Of a stretch of 64,000 nt of DNA, positions 43,839-57,039 are shown piece after piece. The stretch lies in contig OZ024743.1 of the NCBI GenBank assembly GCA_964016885.1, positions 67,456,001 to 67,520,000 of the forward strand, given 5' to 3'. Made by a program: the position numbers and the translations under genes. Below the pieces are notes generated by a model. It was given only the letters and a program-made list of their open reading frames with translations, searched no databases and was not told the DNA's origin. Within the stretch, counting starts at the first letter, position 1, and every line of letters starts with the position of its first letter. Source of the DNA: Eledone cirrhosa. Lineage: Eukaryota.

Positions 43839-44329
43839 TTATTAAAATAACAAACAGATCTAAGTTTAAGCAAAGATTAGTTATTCTTGATTTCAATAAC
43901 CTCTGTAATTTATTTACATTATTCTTAACTCTGAAGCCGAGAATCATTCGGTTTCCTAAATAGAATTTTCGTCTACGACTTCAGTATACCATAAACGTGG
44001 TTTTGTCTTTGCGTGTAATTGTTCTTACCGCTCCACATAATGACGTATTATCTTCGTTTTTTCCGTTCGTTGCCAGGGAAGTCTACACGAACCAAAATAT
44101 CGTCTTCCTGTATTCATTCGGTTGCAAGGTTTTTTGAAATATTTATTCTGCGTTCACAGATTACTTTTTTTAGTTTCAGATGATCCGCCTAAGGGTGAAA
44201 GCAGCGATTCTTTGCTTAAACTTTAATCTGTTATTTTAATAAATATTTGCACTATGGTTCTTAGATATTTGATATATATTTATCCTCATTGAGCCCTCTT
44301 TGGATTTTAGTCTTCAAATTTATTATTAT

Positions 44330-44388
<59 letters not shown>

Positions 44389-44820
44389 CCCCCTTCCTCT
44401 TAATTTTGAGTGTTTTTTTTTTTTCACCGAACACCTTCCCAGTGGCAAAGTTGTAAAGAAAAGGTAATGGTTGCCGTATAAGCCACCATTCTTTGAATCG
44501 AATGCATTTTTTCACATTCTGAACGTTCTAGATGTCACGAGAATGTATAGCTTATGATTTAAGGAGCTACGTTCTTTCTTCACGAGAGTTTAGTTTAAAT
44601 TTTTTCCATGTGTCTTGGTAAATAAACTGAAGCTCCAAGAATAGCAGGTATGAAGATAAACGAGTATAGGGATCTCTAAAGGTGTGGAAGGCCAGAATCC
44701 AGCTATTGAGAGGGACAGATTGAATAAGTGTCAGCATTTCTGTAGAAAAGGAAAATTAGCTGCTTAATGAACACAACCACAAGGATATGGTCCGAACGTG
44801 GAAGTGCTGAACTGCCACTG

Positions 44821-45172
44821 TCATCGCTTCCATCTCTCTCGCCGTCCCCATCTCTCCGTTTGGTGAGCAAATGAGGTCCCACTTGCTGGCCCCTCCACAG
44901 CTCCGGTGGACAGAATGGAGAAGGCATTTCCCCGGAGGATGGTAAGGGAGATTCACTGGAAGAGCCATTCCAACTCGCGAGGCTCACACCTGCGGCTGGC
45001 CAGCTGAGCGCCTATGGTGGTGAATAGGGAGGTAGCCCTAGGGCCAAGGACCCCAGAAGTCTCAACTGCCAAGGGCACGACCACGAACCTGTCGGAGAGC
45101 GACCGGTACTTGGAGAGTTTGGCCTCCTCAGCCCGACGAGCAGCGGAACTTGATTAGTCGCACAGTGCACGA
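44821..45172 (-). mobile_element. 3' end of a CRE-like (restriction-like endonuclease) non-LTR retrotransposon
   Basis: Frame not in the ORF track: SAARRAEEAKLSKYRSLSDRFVVVPLAVETSGVLGPRA...WLFQ*ISLTILRGNAFSIL. Confidence 0.82.
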
Positions 45173-45413
45173 TACTATATATGTATATTACTGAAAATAT
45201 GTTTATGTACATATATGTATAGAGCATTCAGACAAAATATGAATGAGCACACAATACATATCTTTTGTGTATGATAATTAACTTACAGAGAAAATTTAGT
45301 CAATAATTTCGAAAGTTCTGGATTTGTTGTATTTTATTTTTAGAGAGTTTGAATGGACATCAACACGGAAACTTAGAATTCACTACCATTTTATAAGGAA
45401 AATCAATATATTG

Positions 45414-45510
<97 letters not shown>

Positions 45511-45512
45511 AC

Positions 45513-45543
<31 letters not shown>

Positions 45544-45544
45544 T

Positions 45545-45732
45545 AGGGAAAGAGTCAGGACACCGACGGATGAGCCCCAGCCGTTTCTATAGCTAGATCC
45601 ATATCTACCTGTCGAAATGGCCGGAACTCAGCCGTCGGCTCCTGACTCTTTTCCTATTACCCACTCTACTACCTTAAGTATCGTGTACTCTGGTGCGTTA
45701 TGGTCCACCTCGTTCCTTACTACACTTCCTTC

Positions 45733-45736
<4 letters not shown>
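45545..45736. mobile_element. Diverged family D fold-back element
   Basis: Inverted arms centred on hairpin ATAGCTAGAT-CCAT-ATCTACCTGT, followed by GAAA..AGCCG TC. Confidence 0.75.
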
Positions 45737-45817
<81 letters not shown>

Positions 45818-45820
<3 letters not shown>

Positions 45821-46115
45821 AGGAAAAAAAGATGAAATCGAAAATGCAACTGGAGTCTTTTTTTAAAAAATTATATTTATTTGGTTCCTTTACCTGTTTC
45901 GCAATTCTTGTGCTATTCAAAAGTAGAATTGAGATGGAGTGTTTGTAGGTTTTCACGGAAAAAACACAAACCCTCCATCTCAATTCTAATTTTGAAAAGC
46001 AGAAGAACTGCGAAACCGGTAAAGGAACCAAATAAATATATAAAAAAAAAAAGACTCCAGTTGCATTTTCGATTTCATCTTTTTTCCTTATACTGTCACT
46101 CGTGTAGGACACCTC

Positions 46116-46120
<5 letters not shown>
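45818..46120. mobile_element. Family A fold-back pair
   Basis: Minus 45818-45955, plus 45958-46120 with TTGAAAA GCAG-AAGAA-CTGC GAAA CCGG TA. Confidence 0.85.
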
Positions 46121-46177
<57 letters not shown>

Positions 46178-46419
46178 TAAGTTTGAAGTGCAGGCAGAAC
46201 ATTTTACCTAATTTTTCTTCCGAGTCCGTAGGAATTAACTAAATAAATAATGAATCAAACGGAGCTAAGTTTAAAATGTAAGTTTGAAGAAATAATAGAT
46301 AAATATTTACCGATATTCCTCTAGCCTCGACTGTCGACAGTTTCTCTTGTGCTATGTGGAAATGTGTAACCGCTGCATTACCCATGAGGTGTCATGAATA
46401 TACATATGTATGGATAGAC

Positions 46420-46448
<29 letters not shown>

Positions 46449-46451
<3 letters not shown>

Positions 46452-46649
46452 GAAAATGAGGTTTTTTTTTTACAAAATAAAAAAAAAAACGAGATGTCCT
46501 ACACGAGTGAAAGTATAAGGAAAAAAGATGAAATCAAAAATGCAACTGGAGTCTTTTTAAGAATATTTATTTGGTTCCTTTACCGGTTTCGCAGTTCTTG
46601 TGCTTTTCAAAAGTAGAATTGAGATGAGGGGTTTGTGCATTTTCTCGCA

Positions 46650-46650
<1 letters not shown>
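46449..46650 (-). mobile_element. Family A HHR element
   Basis: Homologous to 4571-4780. Confidence 0.85.
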
Positions 46651-46686
<36 letters not shown>

Positions 46687-46688
<2 letters not shown>

Positions 46689-47355
46689 TTTGCCCCCCCC
46701 CTTCTCACTAAACATTAAAACCCACATCGCTAAACTATTTTTTAATGCTCTTGATAATCGCTTCCCTAGAACACATAGGTATCACTCAATTTTCAATAGA
46801 CATACTATACAATTAACCTACTCATCCACCAAAAATTTAGCACAAAATATTAATAGAATAAATAATAGGAATTTAAAACCTAGCCAAAATACCGATAATA
46901 GCATAAATAATATCCAAGTTAACAAATGTAACTGTAGAGATAGATCTAAATGTCCGTTAAATAACAATTGCTTAGTTAAAAATATAATATACAACTGTAA
47001 TGTTAAAACGGACTTAAATTCTTTTAACTATGTTGGTTCCACCTCAACAGAATTTAAACTTCGCTATAATAACCACAAGAATTCTTTCACAGATCCAAGC
47101 AAAAAATCCTCAACATCACTATCAGGCCTACTCTGGCAACTTAGGCATGATAACGTTGGATATTCAACGGCTTGGAATATAGTCTCAACAGGGATTCCTT
47201 TTAATTCATCCTCTGAGACATGTGACCTCTGCGCGGAGGAGATATTCTTTATACTAAAATCTAAAAATTCCCTTAATTTACGGACAAATTTATTCAGTTG
47301 CTGCAGACATAGATTGAACTCAACTTTTAAATATAAATATAAATTTAAAATGTAG
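46687..47355 (+). mobile_element. 3' part of a Hydra-like PLE ORF (linker + GIY-YIG), frame still open
   Basis: PPFSLNIKT..IFNRHTIQLTYS, CNCRDRSKCPLNNNC, NIIYNC..YVGST..FKLRYNNH, CDLC, LN.R, CCRH; inserted in (TA)n. Confidence 0.88.
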
Positions 47356-48702
47356 TATATTTAATTTGATTTATAATTATTTATGAAACTCGCCGATAAA
47401 TCTTTCGATTCCTTTTTATTTTAAACATTCTTCATGAATAATTAAACTACCCTAAAAGCTGATGCTCCAAATATATCGAATAAATTTTACACTAGATAAA
47501 CTGCTATATTAAATATAAGACCATCTGTAGATCAAATGGGTATCCTAAACTTTTGGAATGTTTTCTGCTAGACAGGATTTGGTAAATAATTTTTGGTTTT
47601 GTTTGCTTTTGATTCTGATGCTTATAACGAACTTGGCAATATATTGTCAATTAACTTTGAAGGGTTGATCTCTGTGGTTGATTTGCGGGGCATACTATGT
47701 TTCATTTTTATTTTAATATTTTTAATATTTTTAATATTTTTATTTTTATTTTTAATATTTTTTTGATTTTTTGTTTTTTATTTACTTTTTGTTTCTGATA
47801 TTTTTATTGATATATTGATATCTGTTCTCTATTTATGCTTGAACGATAATCATGTAGAGTAAAGACATGAATAGTATTGTTAAAATTAATGTAGACTCTA
47901 TATATATTTGTGTGTATGTACACATATATGTATACTAGAATTTTTATAGCACAATGAGAATGTTTTCGTGTGAAATAGGAATTTGCAGAGCTGATCACGT
48001 AAATTCACATGGATGTATATAGTATAAAATCTGGGATAACCTTCTAATATAAACCTATGAATTTTAAACTAGACATATGATCATTATTTTTCACACATTA
48101 TTGATACGTGTCTCATTCATGAATAATGATATTTGCATTATAATGCCTGTTTTATACGAATTGATATTTTTTACATTGATGATACATAGTGTTTTAAATC
48201 TGCCTCGTTTTTGTCTGGATATTTTTCTTTTCTCTCTATGTAACGGCTGTTTTCTCTCTTAACCACATATATCTCTCTCTACATTGATACTAGAGCTAAA
48301 TAAATAAATAAATAAATATATCATTGATACGTCATTCAACTGGTGCACAACTACCTATTTTCTTTCTCTCTATCTCTATCTATATCTATCTCTCTATATG
48401 TTCTCTCTCTCTCTCTCTCCTCTCTTCTCTCTCTCTCTCTCTATCTATCTCCCTCTGTGTTTTTTTCCTCTCTCTATATATCTCTCTCTGTTTCTTTACA
48501 TGAATTTCTTCTCTCTATCTATCTCTCTATATCTATCTCTCTCAATTTAGTTGCATGCATTTCTTCTTTTTCTTCGTTTTTTTTCTTTCTTTCTTTTTAT
48601 AACTGTCCCTAATATTTTTTCCACTACCAAATCAACTTTTCAAATAGAAGTCGAAGTTGAAAGGTATGTCGAATCTATCTATTTAGAAGACTGTTTATAT
48701 TG

Positions 48703-48768
48703 TATTTTGTCTGAAGAAGGCATAACATATTTTTAATATGATATCCCTGAAATATATATAATGAAATA
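48703..48768 (+). ncRNA. Type I hammerhead, intact core (family F)
   Basis: TATTTTGT CTGAAGA AGGCATAACATATT-TTT-AATATGATATCCCT GAAA TATATA TA ATGAAATA. Confidence 0.87.
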
Positions 48769-48808
48769 AATATGGTTTTATAAATATAGTTTCCATTTAT
48801 TTAATATC

Positions 48809-48874
<66 letters not shown>

Positions 48875-48883
<9 letters not shown>

Positions 48884-49147
48884 GAGGTTTTTTTACGAAA
48901 TGAAAATAAACCGATGTCCTACACGAGTAAAAGTATAAAGGAAAAAAGATAAAATCGAAAGTGCAACTGGAGTCTTTTTTAAAAATATTTATTTGGTTCC
49001 TTTACTGGTTTCGCAGTTCTTGTGCTTTTCAAAAGTAGAATTGAGATGGAGGGTTTGTGGTTTTTCTCTCATCAGATGCGGTAAGGGAACCAAATAAATA
49101 TTTAAAAGTAAGACTCCAGTTGCATTTTCGATTTCATTTTTTCCTTA
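48875..49147. mobile_element. Family A element with partial inverted arm
   Basis: Minus copy 48875-49068; the plus arm restarts at CGGTAAGGGAACC (49079). Confidence 0.83.
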
Positions 49148-49200
<53 letters not shown>

Positions 49201-49203
<3 letters not shown>

Positions 49204-49407
49204 TACTTGGGGAGGGTCATATTTGTGCAATATTGCCAGAATTAATAACAGAAAACACTCACTGTTTGGTTCGTTTTCGCTTTTCGCTTCTGTGTCTTTT
49301 ATATCGGTAATCTAATTTATTCGGTCCTCAATGTTGCCATTGACTGACCAACGGTCAAAAATAATACAGATACAATATAGACACAAACACATATATATAG
49401 TTTATCA
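49201..49407 (+). mobile_element. Family E pLTR tail
   Basis: Near-identical to 13952-14155; begins at the predicted HHR cleavage region. Confidence 0.75.
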
Positions 49408-49423
49408 TATATGTATATATAAG

Positions 49424-49513
<90 letters not shown>

Positions 49514-49587
49514 ATACATTATGAAGAGAGAAGAAACATTAGATATAATTAGTAATAAGATATATCATACCTAAACTGCTTCTATAG

Positions 49588-49641
49588 TCCCCGACTACGT
49601 AGTTTCGTGGCATATTATGCAAAAACACTACATCATAGAGA
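49588..49641 (-). ncRNA. Degenerate hammerhead
   Basis: TCTCT ATGATGT AGTG..GCATA-A-TATGC CAC GAAA CTACGTAG TC GGGGA; stems retained, core mutated. Confidence 0.55.
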
Positions 49642-49903
49642 TATAGAGTTTTTGTGAGGTTCTGCCGACTTATCAAGAGGATACCTCACTAAGGGTTTCA
49701 AAACACGTCTGTCATGCGCGAGATAAAATCTCGAAAAGGCGGAGGGGGAGTCAATCCCGTGATACAGCGGTCAAGAAATAGAGCTAAGCCCCTTATAACA
49801 TTGAAAAAAATACCACGGAGGCGGAGGGGGTATTTATATCAAAGCCGTAGAAGAGGTGGTTTGAGGAGGCGAGAAGTATGAGTAATGGTATATATATATA
49901 TAT

Positions 49904-49968
<65 letters not shown>

Positions 49969-50983
49969 AAAAGGTAAACAGAAATACCAACACAATCTGT
50001 ACAGTATATGGAAGGGATATATTAGGTTAACGCTTGGACGTTTTGGACGCTAGTCCTTCACCAGAAGAAAGAATGAGAAATAAGGAGACGGTTCGTTGGA
50101 TTTGAAAAAAATGTATTTAGTTAAAAATAACAGTCCATTCATGTTGACATCTCTTGCACCCATATGTGATTGATGTCTGAGAGAAAAAAGTACTCAATAC
50201 TCAAATAGAGTGTCTTGTTACCCTGGAGTTTCGCCTGTTTATCACTGGTTCAGAAGACACGAATATTAAAACTCTACTGTGTTATTGAGTTCTCGTTTCT
50301 CTCAGACAACAATTACATACACCCAACTTACCAGCTATCTTCTCCCCTAATCTCCCCATTGGTATACCTATATAAATGTATACGGCTTGGCCTGAGATAA
50401 GTACCATACCCAATGCCGAAACATCGACGTCACTGCCGTTTTCTTCGCTGCAAAAAAATGTTATGTCACTATTTGCCATTCTTACATGATTTGCTCACCT
50501 CAAAAGTATTATGTCTCTATAATATATATTTCATAAATTGAAGTCATTACCCTAGCGATGTTAATCTTGCTTTTCACCCTTTATGGAGAGTTAACAACAA
50601 AATGATGCAATGTTTTACCGGTGATCATATATCAAATGATGCACTTGGTCAATGGCCACTTAGACAAGTACAGCTGACCCTATTAATGATTTAACTTAAC
50701 ACATTTAACTAAGCCCATTATTCAACTTAGTACACTCTACATAAACAAAGGTAGAGAATAGATATTAATATATGGATTCTCTACCATTACTGTTGAACGT
50801 CATCTGTCTCGATAACAATTGAGAATATCAAAGCTATTGATTCTTAATTGAAAGACAAAGAATCCTGATAAAAGCTCATATATATATATATATTCGGAAA
50901 ATAAAATTAAGAAAGACAGTAGAAAATGCTAATGGGATTTTCTCATAGAATACAGCAGAAAAATTTATTTCATAAAAAGCAAT

Positions 50984-51070
<87 letters not shown>

Positions 51071-51739
51071 CACATTGTTATACTAGGGGACGCTCATATT
51101 GTAATAATATTGCTAGAAATAAAAAAACATGGCGTAGACTTTACAACGTAACGGGTGGAAACATTATAGTACCACTAATGGTGTCGCAGCTGTGTGCCGA
51201 AATAAGTTTCATACACTCTCTCTGTATATATCTATATCTCTATTTTGAACCGTTGGTCAATCAATGATAAACGTTGATTGCCAAATAAATTAACTATGGA
51301 GATATAAAAGATCCAGAAGCGAAAAGCAACCAAACAGTGAGTGTGTTCTGTTATTATTTCTGGCAATTTCTGGGTAATTGCTGGCCTTGTGCCTAAAGTA
51401 GAAACAATTATTTCTCGCAATATTACAACAATATGACCCTCCCCAAGTATAAACATATTTGTTTCGACACACGATTTCATATCAAAAACCTTGCAAAACA
51501 AATATATATATACATGATTTTAGAACGGAGGTATCGAATAGAATGGACGCAGCCTCGGTCGTGGCTTCCCTCACTAAATAATTTAATTGCGTCCGAATTA
51601 TTAAAATGTGAACCCAACCAATTAGAACGTATATTTAAACTTTAATCATTGAGGAAGGCAACTTCGTGTATGTAGGACATTTGTGGTACTCGGACCGATG
51701 CACCATCAAACCCTCCAATCGCTCCCTCGTTGCATTACC

Positions 51740-52760
51740 CTTCTTCAAATCCATCGATTCCCATGGCTACTTCGACTTCCCCTCTTCCCATCATGTCCAC
51801 ACCAAACACTCCATACCCTGCTCACAATTCCTTCCTCTCCGCTATCTGTCCAATACAAAACATGTCCTGGACTCTCAGGCTCATTACATGGCTAAATTAT
51901 ACACCCGGTGAAGATACCCCAACGACAATGATATAAGCCGCGCTCACCCGTGCCCGTGGAATCGACATCACTTCTGCCCTTACACCACCCTCACTAAATA
52001 GCTACCATTTCGTTTCACCTATCACCCATTCACCTTGCCCTTTCAGAAGACAATCCTCAGCCTCTTCCACCACATCCAGTCGGATCCCTCCACTTCTCCC
52101 ATTTTCCTCGCCTACCACTCCTCTATTTTGAACCCGTCGACAACATGAGGAACCTTCTCGTCCGCAGTTCCTTCCCTCCATCCACTGCGTCTCCTGGATC
52201 CAATTCTTGTTCCTGACCCAGCTGCCACACATGGAGCTTCATCCCTTACACCACCTTCACCCTCTTCTGACCTAACAGCCGAATCTTTCAGCAGCCAGTT
52301 CGACAATCAACGACTATGTGCCGCAGTCCATGCTATGTGAGGCCATATACATTGGACAGACTATCCGCCGACTGACCGAAAGTTTAACTGACACTCTGCA
52401 GTACATCGGTGTCGGTAACCCTTCCTCGGAGGCCTAACATTTCGCATTGCCTGACATCCCACACACCAGCTTACTGTGTTCTGGCTCGCCTCATGTACTG
52501 GACCCCAACAGACGCACCGTCAGCAGGGACAAAGGCTTATTCTTTCTACATACATATACGCATCTTGGCCTAAATGCGCCCAACCATCTCCCTCAAATCT
52601 GCTCTTCCCACCCCATCCTGTACCTTCCCTCATTAACGCGCACACCGACACGGAAAAACTCACACACACTTCGATAATACAACACACATACAACAAACAA
52701 TGTTTAACACATGAATAAACATACACACACACACACGCACATACACTCTCACACACTCAT
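51740..52760 (+). mobile_element. Decayed PLE 3' fragment (RT thumb + GIY-YIG)
   Basis: DSHGYFDFPSSH..TKHSIPCSQFL.LR; AIYIGQTIRRLTE; GLN motif. Confidence 0.78.
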
Positions 52761-52790
52761 CAGAACATATACACACGCATTTCTCACATA

Positions 52791-53412
52791 GACTTGTACA
52801 TTGTACAACTGATTATACAGAGCTGTCCCCGGTCCAGCAGAAATTGAAAATCTGTATAATCAGTTCTTGATTATTACTGGAATTCTATAAGAATCCAACA
52901 CACATAATTTTCAGCAAACAGGAGGAGTAGTGAGCTTTAATAAGTAACAAAAAGTACGAAACAGAGCTCTGTCAGTTCATCTCCCCTGTTTACTGAAAAT
53001 TTAAATAAGTGACATTGTCACTATTTTAAAGCAAGAGCGTATGGTCTTCAAAATGCTTTTAATTAAGCATACAGTCTATTACAAAATACACTATATATAC
53101 ATTCACATATATATCGCTATTTCAGAGCACCATTTCTAATTTTCAATTTCTGCTGGACCGGCGACCGCTCTGAATAATCGGTTCCTGATTATTACTGGAA
53201 TTCTATATGGATCCAACACACATAATTTTCAGCAAACAGGAGGAGTAGTGAGCTTTGATAAGTACCAAAAAGTACGAAACAAAGCTCTGTCAGTTTATCT
53301 CCCCTGTTTGCTGAAAATTTAAATAAGTGACATTGCCACTATTTTAAAACAATAGTGTAAGGTCTTTTAATTAAGCATACAGTGTATTGCAAAATACACT
53401 TTATATACATTC
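52791..53412 (+). mobile_element. Tandem 318-nt HHR repeat (family H; retrozyme/pLTR-like) with 5' inversion
   Basis: 52851-53105 is repeated at 53169-53412; 52807-52851 is an inverted copy of 53139-53184. Confidence 0.85.
53224..53319 (+). ncRNA. Hammerhead with U3:A8 core and extended stem I
   Basis: AATTTTCAGCAAACAGG..GAGCT TTGATAA GTAC-CAAAAA-GTAC GAAA CAAAGCTCTG TC AGTTT..CCTGTTTGCTGAAAATT; the sister copy at 52906-53001 has G5A. Confidence 0.83.
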
Positions 53413-53519
53413 ATATATATATATATATATGCATGTGTGTGTGTGTGTGTTTGTGTGTGTGAGTTTGTGAGTGTGAGTGTGTGTACATTACATACATTCA
53501 TATATATATATATATATTT

Positions 53520-53715
53520 CGTTTCTGAATTTGTTTAGCAAGATTCTTTATCTGAAATCGTGTGTTGAAACCGATATTGGTATACTTTGGGAGGGTCATG
53601 TTGCTAATAAGAAACACACGCACCAGTTGCTTTCACTTCAATTTATTATTATAAATTGAAGTGAAAGCAACTGGTACGTGTGTTTCTTATTTTTAACATG
53701 ACCCTCCCAAAGTAT

Positions 53716-53721
<6 letters not shown>
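53520..53721. mobile_element. Family E-related fold-back with HHR 3' half
   Basis: GAAA CCGAT-ATTGG TA at 53567-53582; 53575-53647 is inverted at 53651-53722. Confidence 0.72.
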
Positions 53722-53793
<72 letters not shown>

Positions 53794-54089
53794 AAGTGTT
53801 GATGCTTCTATCTCTAATATAATTTCAATAAGTACATATCTGCTGAACGTCGTAAAGAGAAGTCTTTTGTTTACATTCTGCTCGATTGCTAAGACTTAAA
53901 AAAAAGGGAAACTTTCTTCATCCTCGTATTGGTGCAAATGGTTAGCACCACCGTCTGCTATAAGGAAGATGTGAGTTCATGGCCGACACAGTCTCCTATA
54001 TTCCGTCTCCAGGGGCATTTACGTCTAGTTTGTTAGAATATACGTGCGTTGAACCTTCTAAATTAAGTTTCAATCAATCAAGTTTTTTT

Positions 54090-54910
54090 TGCCACATATT
54101 CAGTCAAATGTAGACGGTAAACGTTTGCAGTAATTGCTGTCTTGTTGAAGAAAAATGGACCTATGATTCGATTGAACATGATCCCAGACCACACATTCAC
54201 CCTTAGAGTATCTCTGTGAAGTTCCCTGGTCACATGGGGTGTTCTGATCCCCAGATTCTCATATTATGTGCGTTCATTTCCCCCAAAATATGAAAGGTTG
54301 TCTCATCACTAAAACAAACTCGGGTGAGGAACGTTTCATCCTCAGAAATTCGTTCCAGCATGTTAACTGCAAACTCTTTTCGTCTTGGTTTAACATTTGG
54401 CCCGTATGCCTGTAAGAGTTGCACTTTGTAAGTCTACAATCACAACTTCTTGTGTAGGACTTTTTGTACTGTTGAACATGGCAGCTATAACTGTCTGGCA
54501 GCAGTACGGATGGAGTTTGTAGGAGAACGCTGAAAGGCTTGTCTTACATGATTGCTGTTTTCCTCGGATGTTCTTGGTCGTCCACTCCTACCCTTATCCA
54601 ATACTGTCCTGTCTCCATAAATTTCTTGTGCCTTGCACAAATTGACGGACGTGACGGTGGATGTCTTCCATACTTAGTTCTGTAGTTTCGCTGAGTCTGA
54701 ATATCCGATTTTGTTTTAATAAACCATGACACACATTATGCCTTTTACAGTACCTCTTTCATCAACAGGAGACCTGAAATACACAAATGCAATATGGTTA
54801 AAAACTGTGATAGCTACTGAGTACATAGAACAAATCTGATTAAGATATCTCATCAATTTCATTTGTAATATATTTTTTAAATTATAAAATGACTTTATGG
54901 ACACCCTGTA
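54090..54910 (-). mobile_element. Tc1/mariner-superfamily transposase remnant (rosa-like, HTH N-terminus)
   Basis: TIR TACAGGGTGTCCATAAAG; QRNYRTKYGRHPPSRPSI..KKFMETG; VCFSDETTFH..NAHNMRIWGSEHP; VNVWSGI..IIGPFFF; frameshifted and 3'-truncated. Confidence 0.88.
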
Positions 54911-55139
54911 TATCGGCTCAACGTTGGTAAAATTAAATTTTATATAATAAATAGTGTTGAATATATATACGATATATTTATGTATAAACCTACTGGTCTC
55001 GCTATGAATATTTTATGCTCTGATTTTATCAGCAATCTCAGTAGTGTGTGAGAATACTATGCAGCTGTTTCTGGATTTGTATCCTTCATTGGTGATATTT
55101 ATTCACTTTAATTATTGAGATCTGTAAAAATATAATATA

Positions 55140-55729
55140 CTAGCAGTGGTACCCGGCGTTGCACGGGATAAGATATTGTGAAATATATAATTGCCTTAGC
55201 TTAGCTTAGTATTGCCACAGCCGCGGCTGGCAAAGAAGTAAGTGTCTGGTGGTACGTAAGTAACCAACACTGTGGTTTAAAACGTGAGAAAGAAGTTGTG
55301 TGCACTTACCAACTGTTTGGGGAATGAGTGTGAGATTTGTCTTGAGCAAGGGTGGCATAATAACCGGAGGCAGCAGACAGCCAGACACACAGACATATAT
55401 TTTAAGGGCACATTCTGGACGTAGAGCGAATTGTAGGAAGTGACGTAATGCAGACAGCCAGACATACAGACAGATATTATAAGGGCGCGACGTTATATGT
55501 ATGTATCTATCTAAAGAGAGAAAGACAAATAATTATAGAGAGAAATCGCTAAATCGCCTAATACGGTTCCTAGGGCATTGAAAATTTGAATTTTTTTACT
55601 CCAAACACTCCCTGAAACATAAGTATTACATGTGTAAAGTTTGAAAATAGTCGGTTGGGTTGTTCTCTAGTTTTAGGGATTCAAACTCACACACACACAG
55701 ACAGACATCCTCAGTTTTATATATATAGA
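55140..55729 (-). mobile_element. Non-autonomous Helitron (same family as 25243-26136)
   Basis: Shared TCTATATATAT 5' end and CCCGTGCAACGCCGGGTACCACTGCTAG 3' end; different interior. Confidence 0.88.
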
Positions 55730-55947
55730 CGAGGTAGTTAATTTGGCTGAGGATGCCCTTCAAAGCAAGGAAGCCGCTCAGTGTAACAGTTGTGATAGGA
55801 AGGTAACAAGAAGTGATATATGAGGTGACAGGCGAGGTTATGCCAACGATTGCAGAGTCTATGGAGGCTGTATTATGGGTCACTCAATGATAGAAGTGAG
55901 GGACTAAAAATCTAGATGATGGCCGAGGATGTGTATATATATATATA

Positions 55948-56909
55948 TTAGGGTGGCCCTTGCTAATGTTGGTGCTCCCATCGCCTAACCCTATTTCCAT
56001 CAACAAAATCACGGGGTGTGTAAAATTTTAGCTCAATCAGACAACTGTTAGGCGACCCTCAAATGCCTTGAAGTTAGAATATAGTATACGCAACGATTAA
56101 TTCTGTTCAAATGCGGTATACTGTTCCCTATCTCGACCATTTTCTTTTTTCTTCTTAGAGAAATTTATGTGGACACATCCAGGCAACCCCAGCAAATGTT
56201 TAAAAACGTTCTGAATCAAATTTACCAATAGGTAATTTGATAAATTCCTGAAATAACATGAAAAACCTAAGAAATAATTTCTATAGAATCAAAAGCCTAA
56301 TGTGAACACTGAAGCTCTTCTTTTATCCTTGCTCTCCCTTTCTCCTTACTCTCCTTTTTTCATTGCTCTCCCTGCTCTCCTTTTTTCATTGCTCTCCCTG
56401 CTTTCATTTTCTCCTTGCTCTCCATGCTCTCCTTTTCTCCTTGCTCTCCTTGCACTCCTTGCTCTCCTTTTTTCATTGCTCTCCCTGCTCTCCTTGCTCT
56501 CCCTGCTCTCCTTTTCTCCTTGCTCTCCCTGCTCTCCTTTTTATTGCTCTCCCTGCTCTCCTTTTATCCTTGCTCTCCTTGCTTTTCTTTCTCCTTGCTC
56601 TCCTTGCTCTCCTTACTCTCCCTTTTTCATTGCTCTCCTCGCTCTACTTACTCTCCTTTTTTCATTGCTCTCCCTGCTCTCCTTTTATCCTTGCTCTACT
56701 TGCTCTCCTTTTCTCATTGCTGTACTTACTCTCCTTTTCTCCTTACTCTCCTTTTCTCCTTGTATCTATGTGCTTGTTTATATAAAAATACAATGAGAAA
56801 AGGAGAGCAAGGGGAAATATGAAAGCAAGAGTAGTAGGAAAGTATATATATATATATATATAAATACATATAATTTCGGAAAATTACCTTTTGCTAAGGG
56901 CCACCCTAA
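55948..56909. mobile_element. Unclassified non-autonomous TIR element containing a CT-rich minisatellite (56305-56765)
   Basis: Perfect TIR TTAGGGTGGCCCTT / AAGGGCCACCCTAA in TA-rich flanks. Confidence 0.72.
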
Positions 56910-56966
56910 TGTACATATATCCACATGTGGTTGACAGCTGAGAGAAATGAGTACTCGGTATTGAAG

Positions 56967-57039
<73 letters not shown>

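Noticed and set aside
44173-44590. Additional HHR-like strings (CAGATGA..GAAA at 44176; GTGAAGA..GAAA near 44510-44585; also 50033-50067 and 50389-50431)
   Set aside because: Core mutations plus weak or missing stems; plausible decayed ribozymes but not supportable individually.
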